NCBI GenBank assembly: GCA_028534125.1
Contig: CM052832.1
Location: forward strand, 17,424,001 to 17,488,000
Length of the DNA stretch: 64,000 nt
Origin: Lama glama
Taxonomy: Eukaryota
Direction: 5' to 3'
The notes below the pieces were generated by a model. It had not been told where the DNA came from, did no database searches, and worked only from the letters and a program-made list of their open reading frames with translations. The translations under genes and the position numbers were made by a program. Of the stretch, positions 11,959 to 22,985 are shown piece after piece (position 1 is the stretch's first letter; every line of letters begins with the position of its first letter).

Positions 11959-13540
11959 TCATATCTTTAATGTTTTCCCTGAGTATCTAATCAATCTTCA
12001 AACATTTGGTCAATTCATTTTATGCTTCATGTTTTAGTTCCCATCAGATTTCTTCTAATTCCTAATTGCTAAGAAAATTCTATTTTTAAAAAATGTTATA
12101 ATTGTTAGGAGCATTTTCCTTCCATTTCTCTTCTTTGTCTCCCTCCTCCAGGTTTCCAGAACCTGAGATGCCACATCCCCGAGACAAAACATCACTGGAT
12201 TTCAGACTACATTGCTAGACACAGAGGGTTTCATTTCTTGCCAAGTACCTCACCTAAATTTTTCCAGGCAACACACACTATTTCTATTTGTATCCTACTG
12301 CATTTTTCTTACAGCTTTTGTAGGCAGAGGGAAAGATGGTTGAAAGAGGAAGAATTTGAAGATGCAAGAAAGTGTTCCATAACGGGCTCTTTCTGTTGGT
12401 GGATGAAAATTCCCCCCAAGAATTCCTTTGGAAAGTGGGTTTTGGTGCTGGCGGGTGGGAGAATGAGAACCATGTGGGACAGTATCTTTTGGTCTAGTAT
12501 TCAGTGATGCTTCTCCTGGTATAGTCAGTTTAAATGTTTTAGAAATAACAGTGAGAAACACAGCTTGCCTTGTGCCAACTATTCATCCTCCAAATACCCA
12601 CAAATAAGGGCGATAATTAATCACAGATGTCGTCTTAATAGTTAAGTAGCCAAAGGGGTATTCCTGAGTGGAACAGAATATTTAGCAAGCAGAGGGGCCT
12701 GGGTTTACTTTTCTGCATCTCCAAGCTTTCCTTCAAGCTTTCTTTCATGCTTTCCTCTGCGTTTGAGCCATTTCTCCTTCCTTTAATTTTGTTCCTCCTT
12801 CCTTTAATTTTCTCCCTTTTTGTCATTCAATCTTTCTTCCTTCCCTCTTTTGTCCTTTCTAACTCCTTCTCCTTCCCTCCCATTCCTCCTCTTCTCCTTC
12901 CAAATTCACCTTCTCTTCTTTCTTTCCTTCATGTTTTTACTCACTGTTTACTGCTTACATCCAAAGGCAAAGCATCTTCAGTACTCAACCATTTAGATTC
13001 CATAGGCCTTGGTAACAGTGTGGTTATGCCAGGACAAGAAATATTAGATTGAACAAGCCGACAAAGATATATTTTATGCAGGACCTCTCCAACTCCAATA
13101 AATATGCCAACTCCATATTAACCAGCACATGCTCCTTTGGTTCCAATCACAGCACTATTAAGGAATAAGAAAGAAAAATGATCCTATCCCCCCCCCCCAA
13201 AAAAACCAGAAAAGATGACCACAGATAATTTCCTGTCTCTGTCTCCTGAGCTGTACCTGTATAAAGGAGCAAGCAGGCAGCAGGTTGAATAGAAAACATG
13301 CACCCACTGATTTTTCTTTATTCCTTCTCTCCTTTGTAGCCCTCTCCACATGCACACAACTAGTTGGGTCAATAGCCAGACCACGAGAGCTGCAAATCTC
13401 AGTTCTTTCTGCATAAGTGAATGAATGTTCATTGCACAGTGAAGTCACATCTCAGAGAAAATGCTGTGCTTTCCAAAGTCCAAAGCTGAGAAAATTATTA
13501 GAATCTTAGATTATGTTTTTTGTTTGTTTTTTGTAGTGTG

Positions 13541-13614
13541 GCTGAAATAATGAAATTGAGAGAGTTGTCATCTGAAGATCTAAAGCCTTCCCCAATTTGG
13601 TCCAGGTTTTGGGA
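13541..13614 (+). pseudogene. decayed tRNA-Phe-GAA
   Basis: gctgaaata...ttgagagag...ctgaagatctaaag...ggttttggga is colinear with tRNA-Phe; A and B boxes broken. Confidence 0.8.
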
Positions 13615-14916
13615 GATCCTCTGATTTAGTAAAAACAAACAAAAAGTCCCAAACTCCTTTCTTCAAAGCTCAATTAACAGAAGGCTTCTAAATATGGAAT
13701 GCTTCTCCACCCATTTCCTCAAGTGAAATATCTACACAGACTGATATAGTGAGAATAGAAATTCTATGCTTTCAAATCTTCCTTAGATTCCCTAGGTAAT
13801 ACTTTTGTTCAAAATATTTTAAAATTTCAAGGAAATCCTGCCTGGAGCACAGCAGATAAACATCCCAGAGAAGGCGCTAAAGAAAGGAGCACTGAATGGC
13901 TTTGGAGGGAAATGATAATATCTGTATAAATAGAAGTTTATATGCTTTCAAAAGCTCCTTCTTAGCTCTTTAGTATCATTCTTCAAGCCCCCGTGGCAAT
14001 CTTACCAGTAGTGCCATAGCATACTCTGAAAATTAGAATTTGGTGGTTTTGCTCAGTCGGCCAACTGTACTCCGCTTCTTTTGTCTGCTAGTGAATTTTT
14101 TCCTCCCCTAGACTGAACAAAAAATATCAGATTTCAAAAATTTACTGGCCTTTTGAGGTTTTGGTCTGTATTCTTTGGACACAAAATCCACAAGTGAGGA
14201 GGTGTGGGACTGCAACTGAGAAAATCTCAAAATATGGAAATAATCTTGAGAGCTTGAGAGCCCTTGGAACTTTTGTGCTGTAAATCCTGCCCACTGTGGT
14301 GTGGATTTTGATTCCTCAGCTTCTTCTGGGGCCAGTAGCCCTGTGTCCCCCAAACAGGAAAACAAGGAGGGACCATTATCCAATCTGACTTTTAGATTCT
14401 CATAGAAACCATTGTGAGAAAGAAAGGGACTTAGTGACAACACTTTCTTGGGAAACAGCAGAGGCATATTCTTGGTCTAACCAGACTCATTTAGTCCAGG
14501 CCATCGCACTTAGCCTACCTGCTCGTCGTTGAGCTTAGATTTTTCTCCCTGGAGGAAGGGCCATAGTATCTTTGAGACAGAACAGATCAGAACCTTCCAA
14601 ACTCTGAAGCTCCCTCTCCTTATGCTGTCATCAGCCCTTCATTGCAGACTTTAGTTCTTGGCTCATGTTTCTCCTCCGGCACTTGCATCATCATTATCAG
14701 TGACTTTGACAAGAGTGTCTTCAAAGGATTGCATCACTTGTGATCACCTCACACGGTATTAATTTTAAGTAACTGTTGTCAGGGGTTTAATAGAGGTTTA
14801 CTGCCTTTTTAGCAGGAATGTTGTTAATGGAATCTCTCTTCAGTTGAAATTAGAAATTTGAAAATAGAAACCTACTATGCTTCAGCCTTCATGATTAAAT
14901 AGACCTCCTTGTGTTT

Positions 14917-14989
14917 GGCTGCGTGGCCTAATGGATAAGGCGTCTGATTCCGGATCAGAAGATTGAGGGTTCGAGTCCCTTCGTGGTCG
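14917..14989 (+). tRNA. TRR-CCG: tRNA-Arg (CCG)
   Basis: GGCTGCGTGGCCTAATGGATAAGGCGTCTGATTCCGGATCAGAAGATTGAGGGTTCGAGTCCCTTCGTGGTCG; U4:G69 variant. Confidence 0.96.
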
Positions 14990-15374
14990 TTTCTTTATTG
15001 CTGAACAAGAAACTAAATCTTTCCCCTTGACTTCTCATGTCTGACTGGAGAAAGAAACCTGAAATGAGTCAAGAGTCTTAAAAAAGCAAAATTAGCATGC
15101 CCCCTAATTTCCAATACCTAGCGTTGTGTCATTCGCATCTAATAACTAAATAATACCTAGTAGTGAGGTGGTAATGCATGTATAATTACTGGTACCATAG
15201 TGACCCTGGATTTTCTAGCTCACAGTCCTTCTCTAGAACAGATAGAGGGTGGCCAAGAAAAGGATAAGAAGGGGTAGAAAAGCCCACTGCAAAGATTTCT
15301 CTGGAGAAGGCTGGGTTTCGAAGAGCTTCTATCTGAGTTAGGAATATGTATTTGGAGGGCTGGGAAGATACGAA

Positions 15375-15446
15375 GCCCTGAACAGGCATTTGCAAAATAG
15401 ACCTTCATAGCGAGAATCTGATGCTTGTCAACTGAACTGTCCCAGC
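15375..15446 (-). pseudogene. decayed tRNA-Lys
   Basis: cctgaacagg...gaccttca...tctgatgct...caactga.ct is colinear with 11886-11958; the upstream flank ttttcctgagaattta resembles ttttccctgagtatcta beside the intact Lys gene. Confidence 0.75.
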
Positions 15447-15629
15447 TCAGAAATCCAACTTTTCCTGAGAATTTACTTAAAGCTAATAAGTAGATTGTTT
15501 TCTCATCTTTCTATTATTTGCCTTCATTATAAGCACAGGACACCAAGATTTGCGAAAATCAGGCCGCACCTGGCAGAGGGATCCTCCTTCCACACACAGC
15601 ATAGCTTCCTACTTAGAAAATCTGAACAA

Positions 15630-15935
15630 ATTGTTACAAGAGATCGAAACAGTAATCAAAAACCTCCCAAAAAAGAAAAATCCAAGAGCACAGGCAAATT
15701 CAGCTAAGTTGCAGGGTGTAAGAGCAACACGCGCGCACACACACACACACACACTCATACACACAATAAGTTATTTTTACATACACCAGCAATGAGCAAT
15801 CTGAAAAGAAAATATTTAAAATTCCACTTACAATAATAGCATCTTTAAAAAAGTACCCAGAAAAAATTTAAACTACTGGGTGAAAGACTTGTACACTGAA
15901 AATAACAAAACATGGCTAAAAGAAATGAAAGAAGA
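15630..15935 (+). mobile_element. L1 ORF2 fragments
   Basis: gtaatcaaaaacctcccaaaaaagaaaa, gtgaaagacttgtacactgaaaa. Confidence 0.6.
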
Positions 15936-16369
15936 AAGATAGGAAAGTTCAGTGGGAAGCATCTCTGTTCCTCTATTGTCTATTTCATGACTCAAAAATT
16001 AGAAGACTCAACAAAAATGTCTGTCAGTTTCTTTTTTCCCTCTACTTTCCATCTTTTTTCCCTGATCTGGTTTTCAATGTTACTGAAAAATAGAACTCAA
16101 GGTGAACTTCCCCTTAATCCTGTGGTAAGCCTCTTTTTCTTGGTGAAGATTTAGGGTGGACTGTTCTCCCTCCTCCTTTTCTTCTCCCATCTTGTCTTTC
16201 TTTTGCCAAAATAACCACCCTGTGTGGAACCAAGGTCTATGGAGTAGAACTGGGGCAATGAAAAGGCAGTGCATTGGATCATGGTTTAATTGTTGTATGA
16301 GTAGGGAAGTCAGGAGAAAATGAATGAAAAAGTGCAAGAAGGATTTGCTTACAGAGTAAAGAACATACA

Positions 16370-16441
16370 TGGAAATACAGGGGATTTTACTCAAGGCCTT
16401 GTATGTGGAAGACACCTGCTTAACATTAAAAATCAGCTTGC
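16370..16441 (-). pseudogene. highly decayed tRNA-Ala relic
   Basis: About 35/55 ungapped identity to the Ala 3' two-thirds, at about the same distance from a paralogous flank motif as the intact Ala-CGC at 20646. Confidence 0.6.
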
Positions 16442-16559
16442 CCTAGAAAGTCTTCATAAAAGATCAGTACCACATTTGGATGGTTTTGAGAAACCTGAAA
16501 GTTGGCAAGGGAAAGTGCTCTGAGAGAAAGTTCACCAATTTAAAAATTATTAAACTAGA

Positions 16560-16850
16560 TCTTCTGTGGCATTTCTGGTTCAATATCTTGGGACAGAAAA
16601 AGTCTATTAGGTAAAAACTAAGGAAATCTGAATTGACTCTGGACTTAGTTTTTTGAAATGTATCAATTTTAGTTCAAAATAAAAATATAAAAATTTTAAT
16701 TTTATTAATTTGGCAAATGTATCATTCTACTGTAAGACGTTAATAATACGGGAAACTGAGTGCAGGGTATATGAGAACTCTCTGTAATGTCCTCTCCATT
16801 TTCCTCCATATCTGTAACTGTTACAAAATTAAACTCTTTTTATAAAATAA
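16560..16850 (+). mobile_element. old L1 3' fragment
   Basis: gtaagacgttaataatacgggaaactgagtgcagggtatatgagaactctctgta. Confidence 0.6.
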
Positions 16851-17203
16851 AAATTATCTCTCTTTTAGACACACAAGAGAAGAGGGTGTTTAAAAGGATT
16901 TGGAGCAAAAGTTTTGCTGCAGAGAGCGAATGCATATCTAGCAGGGCTCTTGTGCCAATTAGTACCCACATTCAACACGAGAGTGACTTACAGGACTGAT
17001 GCCACTGTCTAATTTCTATGACGATGTTTAAATAACATTCAACAGAGGCTAAAAGAAAATTATAAGCATGTGAATGGTAACATGCACTGCACATATTCGC
17101 AGAGCTGCTTGCTCCAAATCAAAGCTGAAATCAGTAGTCTTTCGTGAATGTATATATATGTGTGTGTGTGTGTGTGAAGTTATGGGGAAAGTGAAAGAAT
17201 CAA

Positions 17204-17276
17204 CACCAGAAGCGGGTCGTGAATCCCGGGTCTTCAGACTCAGAGCCTGATGCAGGTGCAACCAAGCTACCCAGGA
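17204..17276 (-). pseudogene. decayed tRNA-Lys-derived sequence (anticodon position reads CTG)
   Basis: Reverse complement TCCTGGGTAGCTTGGTTGCACCTGCATCAGGCTCTGAGTCTGAAGACCCGGGATTCACGACCCGCTTCTGGTG, 73 nt colinear with Lys-TTT. Confidence 0.65.
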
Positions 17277-18063
17277 GTGTGACAGTTTCAGTGGAAATCT
17301 ATTTAAATCGAAAACGTTTAATTACCTCATAACTATTTCCCCTCAGTCTTTCCCTTGTACGTTAAAGCCAAACACACTTGGGGGGAAAAATCAACTGATG
17401 CCAGTGAAATGCCCAAGCAGGAAACCGCAGTTGGACTCTGTTTCTAAATTCAATACTGCTTCCATATCAGGATACATCACCTTTCCAACATCTCCACTAC
17501 CTGGGGGCTACTGCTCCAGAGGTATTCAACCACGAGTGAGCCTTTGAAAATGCTCAGCCTGTTTGCTGCTGGAAGAGGCTGCTAAACGGCCTGATTTGTC
17601 GCTCTTTGTTTCCGTCAAGTATTGTGAATGAATTACCCTCCTGTCTTACGTTCACACCTGGATCTACATTCTGTCCTCCACATTCACAGAACGCGTCTTT
17701 GTATGCCCCTTTTTGCATCTTTTTGGCAGCTTCGTGGGCAGAGGAGGACTTTTTAAAGAAGGGAGAATCAGAAGACCAAACAGAAGTTTCAGTTTCGGGA
17801 CGCTCCCTCCTGGCGGACTGGAACTGACAGTTCCAGTTGGCTAAAAGCAGTCCTTGATGAGGGACGAGGACTACGGAAAGACCTAAGGATATTTCGGTTC
17901 AGAATCCATTTCTCTTTTTCCTGCCGCATCTGTGAGACAGGATTCAGTCCACAGGTTTCAGGAACAGAGGGCCTGATCATAGTAGTGGACTGTAGTTTGG
18001 CAACACCTTCACACAATGCTATAAATAAGTAAACTGAGATAGTGCAGGAGGCTACCTATTCAG

Positions 18064-18135
18064 GGGGGTGTAGCTCAGTGGTAGAGCGCGTGCTTAGCAT
18101 GCACGAGGCCCTGGGTTCAATCCCCAGCACCTCCA
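18064..18135 (+). tRNA. TRA-AGC: tRNA-Ala (AGC)
   Basis: GGGGGTGTAGCTCAGTGGTAGAGCGCGTGCTTAGCATGCACGAGGCCCTGGGTTCAATCCCCAGCACCTCCA; all stems pair. Confidence 0.96.
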
Positions 18136-19149
18136 ATTATTCTCTTTCCTCCCTTCTGGCTGAATTCTCTGCTATCTTTTTTATTCCGCCACCCCCCACC
18201 TCCATACCCCCGCCCATGCAGAACTTAAATTATGTGTCCTTTGGTGCTTAATTATTTAACTATGGACTTTGACATTCTTGAGACACCTCCCAGCTTGACT
18301 GCTTCAGCACAGGAAAGCCAGGACCAAGTGAAGTACAGAAGCTCTTCGCTCAGAATCGATATCCCGAAAGCCAAGCACCAAGCACATCATACAAGGTCTA
18401 TTCTCCTTTGTTGCATTTTTTCATTATTATTAAGAAACAGGGAAGAAAAAGACGGACTTCAAGAAAAGGTAGAAGGGGAGGAGCTTTGGGAAAATTCCCT
18501 TTAGGTTACTCTCCCAACCCCTGCACCCAATCCTATTTTTCCCTCAGCTGCGCTTCTGTCAACGGACAGACAGGCTTGAGAGAAAAATTTCCGTCCCATT
18601 TTCCTTTCCCCACTCACTCCTACGCTTCCACCGCACACCAGACCTTGGTCAGTCCAATCACCAGTCTTGGAGCGCTGTGCTTTTCTAAGTGAAGTGGTGT
18701 TTAGGATACTGTCCGTGGGAAACTCAAAGACTTCCAAGAAACTCAGAGACTTTCAAAAAATATAGTTGAAAAACTGATTTCCAGAATTGGAAAGAGCAGC
18801 CAGTCTCTCTCAAAGCCAGTCTTAGGCAAAAAGGCCGAGCCTTCCTGTGGCACAAGCACTTTTAAGCCCATTTCCCTTAGGAGGAAGAGAACATTCCAGT
18901 TACCTGTATCTCTAGAGGGAGCAGAGAAGACAGAGGCAACGCGGGTGCAAATTACCTCCAGGGCCATCCAAATAGTAGGCATCCAAAAAGACCTAGTCGC
19001 AAGTCTTCTTTCCCTCTTTCCTCTTCTAGTTCCTTCTTTCTGATTGCAACCACCTGCCTCCTCCTATCCTTCCCCTCCTCTTTTTTTTTTTTTTTGGAGG
19101 GAGAGTTATCTTAACTAGTTTGTTGTCTGTTTTATTTTAATTAAAAAAT

Positions 19150-19600
19150 TTAAATTTGTTATTGAAGTATAGTCAGTTTACAGTGTTGTGTCAATTTCTG
19201 GTGGACAGCATAATAATTTAGTCATAAAAGTACATACATGTATTCCTTTTCAGATTATTTCTCATTATAGGTTACTATAAGATATTGAACATAGTTCCTC
19301 AGGCAATACAGGAGAAACTTGGTTCTTTAAAAAAATCTATTTCACATGTAGTGTTAGTATCTGCAAATCTTGAACCCCCAATTTATCCCTTCCCACCCCC
19401 TTTCCCCTCTGGTAACCATAAGTTTGTTTTCTGTCTGTGAGTCTGTTTCTGTTTTGTAAATAAATTAATTTGTGTCTTCTTTCTAGATTCCACATATGAG
19501 TGATATCATATGATATTTTTCCTTTGCTTTCTGGCTTACTTCACTTAGACAATTTCCAGGTCCATCCACGTTGCTGCAAATGGTGTTATTTCATTCATTG
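19150..19600 (-). mobile_element. camelid-type L1 3' end
   Basis: attgaagtatagtcagtttacagtgttgtgtcaatttctgg...ggtaaccataagtttg...agattccacatatgagtgatatcata. Confidence 0.85.
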
Positions 19601-19938
19601 TGTTTTTTGTTGTTTTGTTTTTGTTAAATATACGCAACTTATTTATCTATTCTTCTTTCCACCAGAATGCTTTTGGCCACATCTTTGTCTGGAACTTCGG
19701 TGTAATGTTACATGACATGTTATTAATTCATTTAATGATTTAAGGACAGAAAAGTAAAGTTTAGTGAGGAAATGTAGAAGGTAAGGAATTTAAATCTGCC
19801 GTTTGCCAGCGTTCCTGAGATTTTCAGTTAGATGTTTTGATTGAGGAGATGGTGGGGAGTTAGTGGGTGTCTTCTAGTATGTACTTTGTGTAAATTTCCT
19901 ATGGAAGTCGATTTAATATGGAATAAAAATTACAGTGC

Positions 19939-20002
19939 TGTTAAAACCCGGGATCTAACCTTTAAAATCCGTTGATCACTTGCTCATCTATGTTATTCCG
20001 GC
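19939..20002 (-). pseudogene. decayed tRNA-Phe relic
   Basis: tgttaaaacccgggatctaacc...ttta...tattccggc matches both ends of reverse-complement tRNA-Phe with an internal deletion. Confidence 0.5.
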
Positions 20003-20645
20003 AAGCGTGAGCCAGGCTCTCCAGTCTTCCAGATCATGTTTTAGACCTTTGCATGGCAAAAATTTTGCTAAGTGCCACCTTACTTTTGTCCAACGTCCAC
20101 CCACTCATTCACCAAGAAATACCTGGGGCCTGGGACCCAGCATTTCTGTGGCTTATCTCCGATTCTCGGCGGCGGAGGCAGGAGGGGGGAGGAGGGGGGA
20201 GTAGGTGGAGCTGGGAAAAGAAAGGCTTGAGGAAATCCATGGGAAGCTTTTCTGTTCCTCCATCTCAGACGACCCATTGCTCAAAAAAACTAAGGAAACT
20301 TCGAGGAACTGCTTATTTTTTCTTATTTCCGATCTTCTTTCCTCCTGCTATTTAGGAATCCTGCCAAATGGAACCCAAAGTGAATGGATCCCTCAGGCTG
20401 GCTGCAGACTCCGTGTTTCTGGCGGAGGAGATGCTGATGTGTGTAGTTTTTGATTCTCTTTCCTCTTTCTTCCTTCCGTGAACGCCCGCGTATTGGGTGG
20501 CACCAAGGTCCATGGAGTAGAAATGGTGTAATATTGAAGAGAATCCATTGGACTACACATTTTTGTTAAATGGAACAGAAGAAACAAGACAAAATGTATG
20601 AGAAAAGAAAAATGAAAGTTACACATAAAGAAAAAGAGACGCAGA

Positions 20646-20717
20646 TGGAGGAGCCGGGGGTTGAACCCGGGGCCTCGTACATGCGAAGCACGCGCTCTAC
20701 CACTGAGCTACACCCCC
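20646..20717 (-). tRNA. TRA-CGC: tRNA-Ala (CGC), U6.U67 mismatch
   Basis: Reverse complement GGGGGTGTAGCTCAGTGGTAGAGCGCGTGCTTCGCATGTACGAGGCCCCGGGTTCAACCCCCGGCTCCTCCA; T5 terminator downstream. Confidence 0.93.
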
Positions 20718-22324
20718 TGCTGCTGGGGGTATCTTGGGGATTTGTTTTGAGATTGTTGCCTTTATCTTCTGAAAGAGAAAGTCCGCTGGGTTAAAGTCCA
20801 GCACTTGTGAAATTACTAAACTAGATATTGTCTAGCTGCTTCACCGAGACTATGGTCCGACTGGTAGTTTTTGATTCTGGGACTTTGCCACTTCTGTTAG
20901 CCTCCTCCAAGACCCATTTACAAGCAAACTACGTGAAAATTACTTTCTTTCACTAGGGAAATTTCCAGGAAAAAATCGCAAATTTCCAACACAAATCTTC
21001 AGCAGTACCGGCTCAGATGAAGTGCTTCCCAGATCAGAGGCAGCCAAATTCAACTCCACACCATGTTGAGTTGGATGCCCAGCCAACGGGCATTTTCCAG
21101 CTGATTCTTACTGCTCACTCGTGTATCACATGTTCTGAGATTGTCCTCTGTTCTGGTTCCAAATCTCCTCACTTCTTGACGTTTATGTCCACAAAGGATT
21201 TCAGGGGGGAAATAAAAAGACCTTTAAAATTCTATCAACTTAAAAAAAACTGACTTTTTTTTATAGGCTGGGGGAATGAAAGAGCAAACACAGGGCAGCG
21301 AAGCAAGACTGGGGAGCCTAGCAAACTGTCAAACTGCTTTCCCTGGGAGAATCCATGATCACAATGGGAAAGCCTTCTACAGATATAGATACTTGGTGGG
21401 AAGAGGGGGAGAACCAAAGAGCCCTGGAATTCTTCAGAGTCTCATCTATGAATATGAAAATTTTAGGAGGTCCTAAATATCACAAAGCAGATAGTATTGT
21501 CTGGCCGAGAAAGAGCAGAGATAATGGCTGTTTCCTCACTGGGATGCTTTCCACTTGCATATGGCCAATGACCTCCCTAAAGAGTCAGAAGCCTCATACT
21601 GCTTCTCTATCAGGATCTCCCATATGATGTTGATGGAAGTAATCCAGTAAGTTTTTCATCGAATGGCTTGAAATACTGAACATAAGTGTTTATCGGTGAA
21701 GGCAGAAAAGATTAAAGGCATGTAATTCTGATTCTTTTCCCTTAGTCTTCTAAGCCCTTTTCTTGAGAAAGAGAATTCAGAAGCATTTGTATTAGGGTGA
21801 CATATTACAGAAAGGAGAATTTGTTTTGACATAAACTGTGGGCTTTTCAAATTATGGGGAGAAATTCCTGATTTTAGTCTAGATCTTTAGAGCCGTTCCA
21901 GCTGAATTGTGTTGACCAAATCTACTTTCTTTGATACTAATAATTTTTCCACTTTCAAGTTGGGAAAGCCCAGCATTCCTTGAGAAATACTCTTCTCTTG
22001 TTCTTTGGCTTTGAAAAAGTTGGAGTTGATATCCTGCCACACTTGGCAATTAGTTTCAACTACCAGCAACATTGGGTGTGGAAGGGAAGCAGGAGGAGGA
22101 AAAGTCAGTGGGCAGGTTTTCTGTTCATCAGTCTTCAGTCTTCTAATTGACACGGGCCCAGATGAGAATACAAAAGGATCTGTTAACAAATATTGACTGT
22201 GACCCTCTTTTCCTTTCCTCTCCATCTTTCTTTTTCTTTCCTGTTCCTTGGTAAACTGTGATATGGAATAATAGGGGCATGGGCTCACTCTACTTCCTTT
22301 TTTTTTTTCTGTTTTCCTTTTCTT

Positions 22325-22985
22325 TCTTTTTTTAATTGACATATCATCAGTTTACAATGTTGTGTCAATTTCTGGAGTACAGCATAATGTTTCAGTCATA
22401 CATATACATACATATATTTGTTTTCATATTCTTTTTCATTATAAGTTACTAAAAGATATTGAATATCATTCCCTGTGCTATACCAGAGAAACTTGTTCAT
22501 TTATTTTATATGTAATAGTATCTGCAAATCTCGAACTCTCTTCCCTCCCCCTTACCCTCCTGTAACCATAAGTTTGTTTTCTATGTCTGTGATTCTGTTT
22601 CTGTCTTGTAAATAAGTTCATTTCTGTCTTATTTTTTGTTTTTAGATTCCACATATGAGTGATATCATATGGTATTTTTCTTTCTCTTTCTGGCTTACTT
22701 CACTTAGAATGACAATCTCTGGTCCACCCATGTTGCTGCAAATGGCATTATTTTATTATTTTTTATGGCTGAGCAGTATTCCATTGTAAAAATATACCAC
22801 AACTTCTTTATCTAGTCATCTGTTGATAGACATTTAGGTTGTTTCCATATTTTGGCTATTGTAAATAGTGCTGCTATGAACATGGGGAGTACATGTATCT
22901 TTTCGAATTAAAGCTCCCTCTGGATATATACCTAGGAGTGGGATTGCTGGATCCTGCAGTAAGTCTATTTTTAGTTTTTTTTTTC
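22325..22985 (-). mobile_element. camelid-type L1 3' end, same family as 19150-19600
   Basis: T-rich tail followed by tcagtttacaatgttgtgtcaatttctgg ... ggattgctggatc. Confidence 0.88.

Noticed and set aside
14490..14530. Weak Ser-tRNA-like text on the minus strand (gacgag...taag.gcgatgg)
   Set aside because: Needs gaps and has no T-arm; not distinguishable from chance.
14917..14989. AlaRS mischarging through position 4:69 in Arg-CCG
   Set aside because: The pair is U4:G69, the reverse of the G4:U69 determinant.
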